From an uncultured Gammaproteobacteria bacterium (GTDB lineage Bacteria > Pseudomonadota > Gammaproteobacteria > CAWCPV01): a DNA stretch of 64,000 nt. The notes beneath the pieces are model-generated. The model saw only the letters and a list, made by a program, of their open reading frames with translations. It searched no databases and was not told the DNA's origin. Positions 30,551 to 41,152 of this stretch are shown here, in pieces; the first letter of the stretch is position 1; every line of letters starts with the position of its first letter. The DNA lies in contig CAWCPV010000003.1 of assembly GCA_963797555.1 (NCBI GenBank), positions 384,001-448,000 of the forward strand, read 5' to 3'. The position numbers and the translations under genes are program-made.

Positions 30551-30686
30551 ACAGCTACAGCTACAGCTAATGGGGTCCAGCTACAGCTACAGCTACAGCT
30601 ACAGCTACAGCTACAGCTACAGCTAACAGCTAACAGCTAATGGGGTCAGACACGTAACAGCTAATCAGCTAATGGGGTCAGACACG
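30551..30686 (+). repeat. Ladder of tandem, variably 3'-truncated copies of CAGCTAATGGGGTCAGACACG
   Basis: Units read CAGCTA, CAGCTAA, CAGCTAAT, CAGCTAATGGGGTC and CAGCTAATGGGGTCAGACACG, all with the same 5' start. Confidence 0.9.
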
Positions 30687-30693
30687 ATAATCT

Positions 30694-31407
30694 GTGCTAT
30701 CCTTCGTGCAGTCACTTCACGACCTGAACCGCCAGCCGCAGCATGTCATCCAGCGCGGCAACAACCGCCAGGTGATCTTCGCCGCGGATGCGGACTATCA
30801 GTTTTTTCGCGATGCCCTGGTGGAAGCGGCAAGTCAGCATGGTCTGTCGATCCACGCGTATGTCTGGATGACCAACCACATCCATCTCCTGGCCACACCT
30901 GAATGCGACCACAGCATCAGCAAAGTCCTCCAGTCAGTGGGTCGGCGTTATGTGCAGTACTTCAACTTCGCATACCGGCGCAGCGGCACCTTGTGGGAAG
31001 GCCGCTACCGGGCGACGGTCGTCGATAGCGAGCGGTATCTGCTGACGCTGATGCGCTACATCGAGCTCAACCCGGTGCGGGCGGCCCTGGTGGCGCACCC
31101 CAGGGATTACCCCTGGTCCAGCTACCGGCGCAATGCGCATGGCGAGTCGGGATTGAACGCAGACTGGATGAGGCCGCACGAGGAATATCTGCGCTTGGGC
31201 CTTACTCCGGCGGAGCGGCAAGGTGCCTACCGGCAATTGTTCCGGGCGGCCGTCTCCGGCAACGACCTGAGGGAGATCCGTGAGTGCACGCACAAGGGCT
31301 GGGCGCTCGGCGGCAACCGGTTCAGGGACCAGGTCGAGGCGCTGGGGCAGCGGCGTGCAGCGTCCAAGGGTGTGGGCAGGCCGAGAAAGGACGATCATCG
31401 CGTCTGA
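30694..31407 (+). CDS. REP-associated tyrosine transposase (RAYT / Y1 HUH); N-terminus looks atypical
   Basis: QHVIQRGNNRQVIF, HAYVWMTNHIHLL (HUH), LWEGRY, YIELNPVRA, YPWSSY and C-terminal GRPRK. Flanked by inverted AATGGGGTCAGACACG (30671) and CGTGTCTGGCCCCGTT (31410). Confidence 0.9.
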   Translation: MLSFVQSLHDLNRQPQHVIQRGNNRQVIFAADADYQFFRDALVEAASQHGLSIHAYVWMTNHIHLLATPECDHSISKVLQSVGRRYVQYFNFAYRRSGTLWEGRYRATVVDSERYLLTLMRYIELNPVRAALVAHPRDYPWSSYRRNAHGESGLNADWMRPHEEYLRLGLTPAERQGAYRQLFRAAVSGNDLREIRECTHKGWALGGNRFRDQVEALGQRRAASKGVGRPRKDDHRV

Positions 31408-31425
31408 CCCGTGTCTGGCCCCGTT
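31402..31425 (-). repeat. Tandem GGG(G)YCAGAC REP-like motifs downstream of RAYT
   Basis: gtctgaccc-gtgtctggccccgtt; the first copy overlaps the RAYT stop codon. Confidence 0.75.
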
Positions 31426-31647
31426 CCTCTCGTTTCGTCGTCGTGTTCATCTTCGCCTCCTCGTTCGCCCCTCGGACCCGTCCCGGGGTTGAGCACATAT
31501 CAGGCGTCGGTGGCGACGAAGCTCAAGGTATTTCGACGGGTTACGACTCCCTGACAGCGGCGAACACCGCACATGAGGAGCTGGGGCGCCTTGGCCCACA
31601 TACGGCGTTGACGGGCGATGTCCTGATCACGTATACGTGAGCCCTCT

Positions 31648-31872
31648 TTGCACCCTGGACGTGAGGGAGAGGTGCCCGAGCACAACGACGAGAAGAAGCT
31701 CCGCATTCGCATGGACGAGGAGCTTCACCGACAGATTGGGATTCGTTGCGCCGAGATCGACACGACCATCGAGGACTCTGTCGTGGAGATGCTGGAACGG
31801 GACCTTTCGGCCAACGGAATCAGGAGTCGGTCCTCAGCAAGGTCTCCGGGGCGGAGGGAGAAGGGTCGATGA
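31648..31872 (+). CDS. Small ribbon-helix-helix-like DNA-binding protein
   Basis: KKLRIRMDEELHRQIGIRCAEIDTTIEDSVVEMLERDL has the RHH beta-helix-helix pattern. Confidence 0.45.
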   Translation: MHPGREGEVPEHNDEKKLRIRMDEELHRQIGIRCAEIDTTIEDSVVEMLERDLSANGIRSRSSARSPGRREKGR

Positions 31873-32352
31873 TCCGAAAGTCCCGCGCCAAGGCGGATCC
31901 GATGGAGCAAGAGATCGAGCGTGCGCTCAAGCCTGGAGCTTTCATCCCCGACCGCGCGTGCTTCTCGTTTGTGACCCGCCTCGCTGCGGTTGCCGCCAAG
32001 ATCGACAAGTTCACCAGCAGTGACCCCGCCCGGGCCGTCACCCTGTACGAGACGTTCCTCGCCGGCTGCTACGCCAAGATAGAAGGAGCTGGACGATTCG
32101 AGCGGCAGCTTCGGGCAGTTCGTCGGCGATCTGTACTGCGGCTGGATCAAGGCCCGCCAGGCAGACGGGGCCAATCCAGACGAAACCGCGTCCCGCTTGC
32201 TCGCCTGGATGGATGATGACCCCTACGGCTTTTGCTACCGCCTCGAAAAAGACGCTGCCAAGGTCCTCGACAAGGCCGGCCTCGCCGCGTTCGTGAAGCA
32301 GGTCCGAGGGAGATTGGACGGTGCGGCGAAGGCGACACCCGTGCGGCCAGAC
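31869..32352 (+). pseudogene. Hypothetical helical protein (DUF6880-like), frameshifted and 3'-truncated at a GGGGTCAGG motif
   Basis: DPARAVTLYETFLAGCYAKIE-ELDDSSGSFG..CGWIKARQ..LLAWMDDDPYGFC; plausible coding sequence appears to end at 32353. Confidence 0.5.
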
Positions 32353-32764
32353 CGGGGTCAGGTCCCGCCTTATAGCATCTGCGAAAAATGAATCGGGGAG
32401 TAAGCCGGTTCCTTGCCGACGGTTAGGCTGAAGTTTGTGTTCTCTGTTTGCCGCCTGGTTTCCCGGCGGTGCCACGGTATCTCGGCCATGCGTCGATTCG
32501 TCCCCGGCTCCTCGCAGAACCGGACTTTGGAGTGTTACACCATCCGGCTCCCAGTTTGGGTCTTCCACAGAGACATGGGATAGAGGTCTTCCTCATCCCA
32601 TCGACTCCGGGCGCCTTCCTTCCGTCTTGACGCTCGAAGGTCTCGCGCAACCCTTCCGGGTCGTACACCATCCCCATCAGGGCGTTGAACTGTCTGACGT
32701 CAATTACTCTGTCCGGTTGACGACAACTAGAATGGCCGCTCTGTAGTGTAGGCGGTAGTTGTCG

Positions 32765-33529
32765 TCAGCTCTTGTTCGATACCTCCTGGTTGCGGGTTGC
32801 TTGGCGCTTTCGGTAGCTCTGCCCGTTGAGCTCGATGATGTGGGCATGGTGGACGAGCCGGTCGATGGCGGCGACGGCCATCATGTTGTCGGGGAAGATC
32901 GCATCCCACTCGCTGAAGGGGTGGTTGCTGGTGATCAGGAGACTGCCGCTCTCGTAGCGGTGGGCGATGAGCTCGAAGAGCACGGAGCTTTCCATCTCGG
33001 TGCGCTTGACGTAGCCGATGTCATCGAGGACGAGCAGCGGGTACTTGTCGAGCTTGGCGAGCGCATCGCTGAGCCTGAGGGCCTGTTTGGCGGTTTGAAG
33101 CTCCTGGACGAGGCTGGTTGCCGAGGCGAAACGCACCCGCACCCCTTGGCTGATGAGCCCGTGCCCAATGGCTGCGGCGAGATGGGTTTTGCCGACGCCG
33201 GAGGGCCCGAAGAGCAGGAGGTTGTCGGTGCGCTCGACCCAGGTGGCATCCTCGGCGAGCTGCACGATCTGCTGGCGGTTCAGCCCGGCGCTGGCCGTGA
33301 AGTCGAAGTGCTGGAGCGTCTTGCCCGCGGGCAGGCGGGCATCGTTGAGGTGGCGCTCCAGGCGCCGCCGCTCGCGTTCGGCGAGCTCGTGCTCGCAGAG
33401 CGCGGCGAGATAGTCGGCGAGGCTCCAGTGGTGCTCGAGGGCCCGGGTTTGCAGCGGTTGATACAGCCGTGCCATGGTCGGCAGGCGCAGCTCCCTGAGC
33501 AGCAGGGGCAAGGTGGCGGCGTTAGCCAT
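32765..33529 (-). CDS. istB: IS21 helper ATPase IstB
   Basis: LRELRLPTM, GPSGVGKTHLA, LLVLDDIGY, ITSN and AAIDRLVHH. Confidence 0.95.
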   Translation of the reverse strand: MANAATLPLLLRELRLPTMARLYQPLQTRALEHHWSLADYLAALCEHELAERERRRLERHLNDARLPAGKTLQHFDFTASAGLNRQQIVQLAEDATWVERTDNLLLFGPSGVGKTHLAAAIGHGLISQGVRVRFASATSLVQELQTAKQALRLSDALAKLDKYPLLVLDDIGYVKRTEMESSVLFELIAHRYESGSLLITSNHPFSEWDAIFPDNMMAVAAIDRLVHHAHIIELNGQSYRKRQATRNQEVSNKS

Positions 33530-35051
33530 GGCACACCTCCTCGGCGGCACTGCGGTGGGTGGCGGGCAGGAGCGCGTCATAGTCGGCCAGCGGGTGCTGA
33601 GCAGTGGCGCCGAGAGGGAGCGTCGCGGGGGCTGGCGGTGCGAAGCGTTGTTGCAGGGCGCTGAGCGTGGGCGATAGGCCTCGCTCCAGGGCGGCCAGCC
33701 AGTGGGTCCCCAGGGCCTCCTGGCACTCGTGCTCGGCGGCGAGCTTGAGTGCGCCGACCATGCGCTTGCAGGCGTCGGCGGGCGCAAGGGTAGCGTCCAG
33801 ATGCTGCCAGATACGCTGATAGGTGGCATCCGGAAGCAGGGCGTCGCGGTACTGGAGCCGATAGAAGGCGCGGGGCTTCTTCACCAGCCATCCCACGAGA
33901 TGGCGATAGTCGATGCGGCTCGCCCGGCGCTTGCCCGGGGCCGGGTAGACCCGCGGGAGGATGAGCAGGGCCTCGGTGCCGAGGAACAGCTCCAGGCGGG
34001 CGTCATAGAGGTGCACCCGCAGGCGCTCGCCGATGAGCCGCGCGGGGACCGAGTAGACCACCAAGCGCACGGTGATGGTGCTGGCGGTGGTGACCTTCAC
34101 CCACAGCTCGGTGTAGTCGGCCGCGAAGGTCACCGGCAGGGGCCGCAGATGGGGGCGCTCGGCCTCGATGGCGGTGGCGTTACGCCGGTTGACGGCGGCG
34201 GTGACGGTGTCGAGAAAGTCCTGGTAGGACGCCACCGAGGGGAACTCGGCACTGCCCCGGGCCAGAAGGCGCTGCACGATACGGCGCTTCAAATGCCCGT
34301 GGGGTGACTCGATGCTGCCGTTCTCGTGGCAGGCCCCGGGGTTGTTGCGCGTCGGCCTCATCCCATAATGGGCGCAGAGCGCCGCGTAGCGCGCCGCAAG
34401 GTCGTGCTGGGCCTCAGCCGAGAGGTTCTTGAACGCCGCCGAGAGGCTGTCAGTGCGGTGCTCGGCCGGTGCACCGCCCAGGCGCAGCAGCGCCTGGCTG
34501 AGCCCCTCGGCGAGCGCCGTGAAGCTCTCCCCGCCCAGCACCACCCGCACCGTGCACCAGCCGCTGTAGGCCAGGCGGAAATGGTAGAGGCGGTGGGCGA
34601 GCGGCTCGCCGGCGATGGTGACGGTGACGTCCTTGAGCACGGTGAAATCCGACAAACCCCGCAGTCCCGGGACCTGCTGCTGTGGGAACATCACCTCCTT
34701 CTCGGGTCCATGCGCCGCCCGCCAGGCCTTCACCCGGCGCTGCAAGGTGCGCAATAGCTTGTCCGGGTACTGGCCCGGATGGCGCTCCTGGAGCCCTTCC
34801 AAGAGCGTCAGCGCGTGCAGTGCCGGGGTGTGCTCAAGCAGTGGGACCAGCTCGCTGTCCCACACGGTGTCAAAGGGGTCGCGGCGCGTTCGATACCGCC
34901 GCGCGCCCCGCGGTGCTCGACGCTCGTCCCGCTCGTCAAGACGGCGCGCCGTGCGCTCCGAGAAACCCGCCTTGGCGGCGGCGGTTACTTGGTTCTTACC
35001 TGCGGTTCTCTGTGACATATAGACCTTGACCTGTTGCGGTGTGACGGCCAT
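33522..35051 (-). CDS. istA: IS21 transposase IstA
   Basis: RTRRDPF, LRTLQRR, SDFT, HRTDSLSAA, ENGSIESPHGHLK and YSVPARLIG. Confidence 0.95.
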   Translation of the reverse strand: MAVTPQQVKVYMSQRTAGKNQVTAAAKAGFSERTARRLDERDERRAPRGARRYRTRRDPFDTVWDSELVPLLEHTPALHALTLLEGLQERHPGQYPDKLLRTLQRRVKAWRAAHGPEKEVMFPQQQVPGLRGLSDFTVLKDVTVTIAGEPLAHRLYHFRLAYSGWCTVRVVLGGESFTALAEGLSQALLRLGGAPAEHRTDSLSAAFKNLSAEAQHDLAARYAALCAHYGMRPTRNNPGACHENGSIESPHGHLKRRIVQRLLARGSAEFPSVASYQDFLDTVTAAVNRRNATAIEAERPHLRPLPVTFAADYTELWVKVTTASTITVRLVVYSVPARLIGERLRVHLYDARLELFLGTEALLILPRVYPAPGKRRASRIDYRHLVGWLVKKPRAFYRLQYRDALLPDATYQRIWQHLDATLAPADACKRMVGALKLAAEHECQEALGTHWLAALERGLSPTLSALQQRFAPPAPATLPLGATAQHPLADYDALLPATHRSAAEEVCHG

Positions 35052-35669
35052 CCCTCCCCCCGAAGCATCGGATGTCAGAACGCCGCCAGTGTGGCCGATC
35101 AACCGGACAAAGTAGTTGTCGCCAACCGGTCAACGTAATTGTCGCTCTATAGTTGAACCGCATCCGCGGCGCCTCGCGCGCCTTCTGTGTGAAACGCTCA
35201 AGTCGTGTGCTCACGGTCAGAATCCTCTCAGCGTAGGGCCGTGTTTCCCTCTCGCGTTATCTCAAACCGCCACCCCTTCGCTCCGCCCGCATTACCAGAC
35301 CTCGGCACTACTATGGGTGGCTCCGACTTCCGAACGCCTCCGCCCGTGTCCTCACTTCTTACACTTGTTCACGGGTGCCCACTCCCTGTGGACCGACGCC
35401 CGGACCTCCTCGGTTACCGCCTACTCGCGATGTCAGGCTCGACGCGGCCTCGGACCCCGGGGAGTACCCGCACCACTCGCCATCGCGCAGCGGGGGTTGT
35501 TGCCTGCCGGTTGGACAAGCCTGTCGGCGCTCTCCTGCTGAATTCTTCGGGGCTCTACACCTTCAAGGTCGGCTTCACCCGTTACCCTTGCACCTCCCCT
35601 GCTTTCGTTGCCTACGCATCTACCCGCCTGTTACCAGGTGAGCAGCAAGGCTCGATACTGGGCTCGTGG

Positions 35670-36837
35670 CTAGTGTAGTGCTTCATTCTGTTTAGAACTT
35701 AAACGTGCGTTGGCGCGGATGACCTTCTGCAGGATGTCCTTAGCCTTGGCGGTCCAGATGAAGGGTTTGGGATTGGCGTTGTGGGCATCGACATAGCGGT
35801 TGATGGCATGGATCAACTCGGGGACGCTTCGAAACACGCCACGGCGCAACCGATCCACAGTCAGGTCGCGGAAGAATCGCTCGACCATGTTCAACCAGGA
35901 TGCTGAGGTGGGCGTGAAATGGATGTGGAAACGCGGGTGTTTTCCCAGCCATTTCTGAACGTTGGGATGTTTGTGGGTGGCGTAGTTGTCGCAGACCAAG
36001 TGCAGTTCCTTGTCCTTGGGCGTCTCGCGGTCGATTTGGCGCAGGAAGGTGAGCCACTCCGTGTGGCGATGGTGCGGCTCGCAGCGGGCAATCACGGAAC
36101 CCTCCAAGGTGTTCAGGGCAGCAAACAGTGTCGTGGTGCCATGGCGCTTGTAGTCATGGGTCATGGTCGCAGCCCGCCCCTTCTTCAGCGGCAGGCCAGG
36201 TTGGGTACGATCCAGCGCCTGAACCTGACTCTTCTCGTCGCAGCACAACACCAAAGCATGCTCCGGGGGGGGACAGATACAGCCCGACGATGTCCTCCAA
36301 CTTCTCGGTGAATTTCGGGTCGCGCGATACCTTGAAGGATTCGACACGATGCGGCTTCAGCCCATGGGCATGCCACACGCGCAGCACCGTGGTGTCGCTC
36401 ACTCCCATTTCCTTAGCCAGGGTCCGCGTACTCCACTGTGTCGCTGCTAAGGGCTGGGTCTGAGTCGTGCGTCGCACGATCTCGGCGGCATCCACCTTGG
36501 GCTGACGACCTCCGCGCGGCAGGTCACACTCGATGGCCGCCAGCCCGCCTTGCGCATAGCGCTCCCGCCAACGCCCAACCTGCACACGCCCAATCTTGAG
36601 TTCCGCCGCGATGGCCTTGTTCTCCATGCCCACCGCCGCCAACAGCACAATGCGCGCTCGGCGGGCCAGCCTCACACTCGTGGTGTTCGAACGCGACACA
36701 CGCCTCAGGCTCCGCTGTTCTTCCGCGCTCAGTCGGACCATCGGGGCTACTCGCATCAGTGCTCTCCTGTCTTGGCTTCATAGCCCTGGACAGCGATAGA
36801 TCATATATGTTCCGTTAATTACCAAGCACTACACTAG
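35670..36837 (-). mobile_element. IS630-family insertion sequence; transposase 35670-36756 frameshifted at a C8 run (~36265-36272)
   Basis: Perfect IR CTAGTGTAGTGCTT / AAGCACTACACTAG at a CTAG target; motifs [33 protein letters not shown] and [10 protein letters not shown]. Confidence 0.92.
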
Positions 36838-37363
36838 CGATTACCCAGGTGGGCTTCACACCCACTAAAGTACGCAGCATTGCCAAGCCGCTGCCGACCC
36901 CCATCATCCTGGATCGCACGGTCGCCGTGGGGAGACGGGCGGGGCCGGTTGTCACGGTATGCGGGCACTGCGAGCTGGAGTACATGCCGAAATGTTGGAC
37001 GGAGCACGGCGCTGAGGTGCCGGAAATATTGCCGGGACCCGGAGCCGTGTGATCCGCGGGGACCGGCGAGGGAAGCCGTCCGAAGGTTGCGGGCGTTGCC
37101 TACGGAGACGTGGGTGGTACGTAACGACGTCGGCAACGATCCCGTTTGGCCTCACCGACGAATGCCATCCCAAGGTTTTTCAAAATGGCATCCTCGGGCT
37201 CCTCGATAAGTCGCTCTGCCGTTTCAGGGACACCTATGGCCTCCGTCGAGGGACGAATTCCCGTGAGCAGCCACCGTGTCGCCTCGGCCCAGGTCTGCCG
37301 ACTGCCCGTCGAGAGCGCGCGTCCGGACTAGCAGATGACCGGGAGGCGGCGCAGTAGGCGATA

Positions 37364-37803
37364 GTGGAGCGTTCCGTACTGCTCGCATTTGTGCTGGGCC
37401 TCGCCAGCACGCTGCACTGCCTCGGCATGTGCGGCAGCATCGTAGGCGCATTGACTCTGAGCCTTTCCCCGGAGATCAGGGCGCGCCGAACCGGTTTGTT
37501 GCTCTATGCGTTGGCATACAGTGCGGGCAGGGTCGGGACCTACGCCTTCGCCGGGGCGCTGGCGTGGAGCACGGCCGCGGGGGGGCGCCGGCCTGGGCAG
37601 TCTGTACATGCTCGCCTTCGGGCTGGGCACGCTACCGGCCGTCGTTGGGGCCGGCGTCCTCACCGGACACGTGACGCGCCTGCTAGCCAGGGGTCAGCTA
37701 CGGCAGGCTGTTGGGCTATTGGTCACCCTGGCCGCGGTGCTCAGCCTCGCGGCCGGCAACCTAGCCTCGAGACACTCAGGTGCGCATCTGGAGCACGGGG
37801 GCC

Positions 37804-37826
<23 letters not shown>
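37364..37826 (+). pseudogene. DsbD_2/TauE-SafE-like membrane protein with internal deletion and frameshift
   Basis: HCLGMCG..AYSAGRVGTY jumps straight to YMLAFGLGTLP; the expected middle part (LPCGLVY motif) is absent. Confidence 0.65.
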
Positions 37827-38760
<934 letters not shown>

Positions 38761-38971
38761 CCTGATGTCCGCGGAAACAGCCCGCAGGTCTCTCGTGGTT
38801 GACCCGTGAGCGCCTCCGGCGCCGCTGGTCCTCAGCCACTAACCCCGGCTCCGCAGTCTGGTGGCCGAGGCGAGGTCGCTGAAGCGCTGCACCGAACATC
38901 CGGCCGGTGTCTTACCGATGCCCGATGCTGTCCATCGCGTCTCGAGACCGCCGGATGGCGGTGTGACCATG

Positions 38972-40317
38972 CTAGGCGGGCTGCGGGAAGCGGACCTCTA
39001 CCAGAAGCCCCGGGTCTTCATCGCGGCCCCTTAGCTGGACATTCGCGCCGTGCAGCTCGGCGATGCGCTGGACGATGGATAGACCCAGTCCGCTACCGTC
39101 CGGGGCACCCCCGGCAACCCGATAGAAGCGCGCAAACACCCGCTCCCGTTCCTCAGGAGGAATGCCCGGGCCTGAATCCGCGACCGTAAAGCGGGCAGCG
39201 CCGGCCTCTGCCTCCACTTTGGCGAGCACACAACCACCGCGCGGCGTGTAGCGTATCGCATTCTCCACCAAGTTTCTCAGCAGGATGGCCAGGAGGTCGG
39301 CATTGCCACGCACGGGGAGGGGGCCCTCACCCTGCAGCTCCAGCTCCACGCCCTTGCCCAGTGCCGAGGGGGTCACCTCGGAAAGCACCGAGACGGCAAG
39401 ACGATGCAGGTCCGGCCTGGAGAAGACGAGGTCCGCCGCCTCTCGGTCGATACGTGCGAGTACGAGGAGCTGCCTCACCAGATGAACCGCCCGATTCACG
39501 CCTTGGAGCACCTGCTCGAGGGCCTTGCGACGCTCGGGATCCTTGGTGGCCCGCATCGCCACCTCCGCCTGGGTCTTTATCCCCGCGAGCGGCGTACGTA
39601 GCTCGTGGGCGGCATCCGCGGTAAACCGCCGCTGCTGCAAGTAGGCTGCGTCGAGCCGCTGGAAGAGATCGTTGAGGCCCTGCACCAAAGGCATTACCTC
39701 TCGCGGCACCTCCTCCGCAGGGATCGGATCGAGTCTGCGGTGGTCCCGCGCGGCAAGCTCCCGCGCCAGGCGATCGAGCGGTGCCAGCCCCCCGCCGATC
39801 CCGAGCCAGAGCAGCCCCACGAGAAGCGGGAGCGCCCACAGCAGCGGAGTCAAGACACGCACGATCATGCCGCCGACGGCGGCCTGCCTGTCCGCAGAGC
39901 ACTGAGCAACATCGATCGCGGTCCCCCTGCTCGGGGTCGGTGACGGCCAGGGTGCGCCATGTCACCCCCTCCCGCACCACATCGGCGTAACCCTATGGAG
40001 GCAGCCGGCAAGAGGGGGTAAAGAGGCGCTCCGTCGGTGCGCGCCAGCAGTCGGCCGTCTCGACTCCAGACCTGGACCGTCAGACACGGGTCGATGGCCG
40101 GGATGACGTTGCGCTCGAGGTGCTTCCGGTCATCCTCGTCGATCTCGTGCCGCGTCGAGACGACGAACTGCACCGCGAGCTGCGCCAACTGTGTATCCAG
40201 CAGCCTAGCGACCTCGCGTCGGGCATGATACTGGAGCAGGAAAACCGCCCCGCCCCAAACCGGCACCAGAACAGCCAGCAGCAGGGCGAGCAGGCGCCAC
40301 CGAATCGAGCGGCTCAA
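38972..40317 (-). CDS. QseC/PmrB-like sensor histidine kinase; frameshifted near 39870-40000
   Basis: SIRWRLL TM segment; FTADAAHELRTPL, NLVENAIRY, DSGPGI and GSGLGLSIV. Confidence 0.88.
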
Positions 40318-40977
40318 GGCAGCGGCTCCACCATGTACCCGACGCCCCGAACGGTGCGCACCAGATCGAAGCCCAGCTTCTTGCGCAGGTTGTGAACGTG
40401 AACCTCGACGGCATTGCTCTCGACCTCCTCGCCCCAACCGTAGAGGATCTGCCCGAGGCGGTCCCGAGAAAGCACCTTACCGGAGTTCTCTAGGAGAGCG
40501 TGCAGTAGCGCGAACTCTTTGGGAGAGAGGAGCAGCGGCCTGTCCCCCACGACCACCGTGCGCCCCGCCGGGTCCAAGGCCAGCGGGCCATGCCGCAGCA
40601 GAGGCTCTGCCCGCCCGGTGTTGCGGCGGCGCAAGGCGCGCAGCCGCGCACACAGCTCCTCCAGCTCGAAAGGCTTGATCAGGTAGTCGTCGGCACCCGC
40701 GTCGAGGGCCCGCACGCGGTCCGGGACCTGATCGAGCGCCGTAAGCACGAGGACGGGTGTGCTATCGGACCGATGCCGCATCGCCATCAGGACGTTCGAA
40801 CCCAGAGCGGCGCGGCAACATCAGATCCAGCACCACCATCCCGTACTCCGCCAGCGACAGGGCGGCGTCGGCCGCTATCCCGTCCTGAACCCAATCGACC
40901 ACATAGCCAGCTTGGGTCAGGCCAGCGGCCAAGCCATCACCGAGCAGCACGTCATCCTCGACTAACAGAAGACGCAT
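40314..40977 (-). CDS. QseB/PmrA-like OmpR-family response regulator; frameshift near 40790
   Basis: MRLLLVEDD, LDLMLP, LDAGADDYLIKPF, SNAVEVHVHNLRKKL and RTVRGVGY. Confidence 0.88.
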
Positions 40978-41152
40978 GCCTGAGCCTCACCTGGGACACG
41001 CTGTATCGATAACCGGTGTGCACTAGGGCACTACCGCGCTCCTCTGTGATTTCCCGCGAGCCGCCGTCGGACACGTCTCCACGCAGACGCACTCCGCCCC
41101 CCTGCTGAGAGCTTCACTCTTGGGACGGTCGCCGCTCCAGTGCCGGCAGCCG

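Larger units (their letters stand above)
32691..35151 (-). mobile_element. IS21-family insertion sequence
   Basis: Imperfect IRs TGTCTGACGTCAATTACTCTGTCCGGTTGACGACAACT / AGTTGTCGCCAACCGGTCAACGTAATTGTCGCTCTATA and 7-bp duplication GTTGAAC (32684-32690, 35152-35158). Confidence 0.92.
32392..36893 (-). mobile_element. Group II intron with most of the RT ORF deleted, carrying nested IS21 and IS630
   Basis: 5' region CAGCGGCTTGGCAATG..GTGGGTGTGAAGCCCACCTGGGTAA. RT start MSTRLERFTQKARE.P.MRFN-ALMGMVYDPEGLRETFERQDGRKAPGVDG. Domain V GAGCCGGATGGTGTAACACTCCAAAGTCCGGTTCTGCGAGGAG and domain VI ending ..CTACTCCCCGAT-like. Ends approximate. Confidence 0.8.

Noticed and set aside
30551-30686. CRISPR array or poly-QL coding ORF (30407-30640)
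   Set aside because: There are no unique spacers, no constant repeat length and no cas genes. The QLQLQL ORF is just a translation of the repeat.
32423-35214. Retron, DGR or defence-associated reverse transcriptase
   Set aside because: Only the N-terminal ~55 aa of a group II intron RT remain, with intron domains V/VI adjacent and no YADD core.
36265-36272. Programmed frameshift in the IS630 transposase
   Set aside because: One extra C in a homopolymer where YLSPPEHA needs seven is more simply a sequencing or slippage indel.
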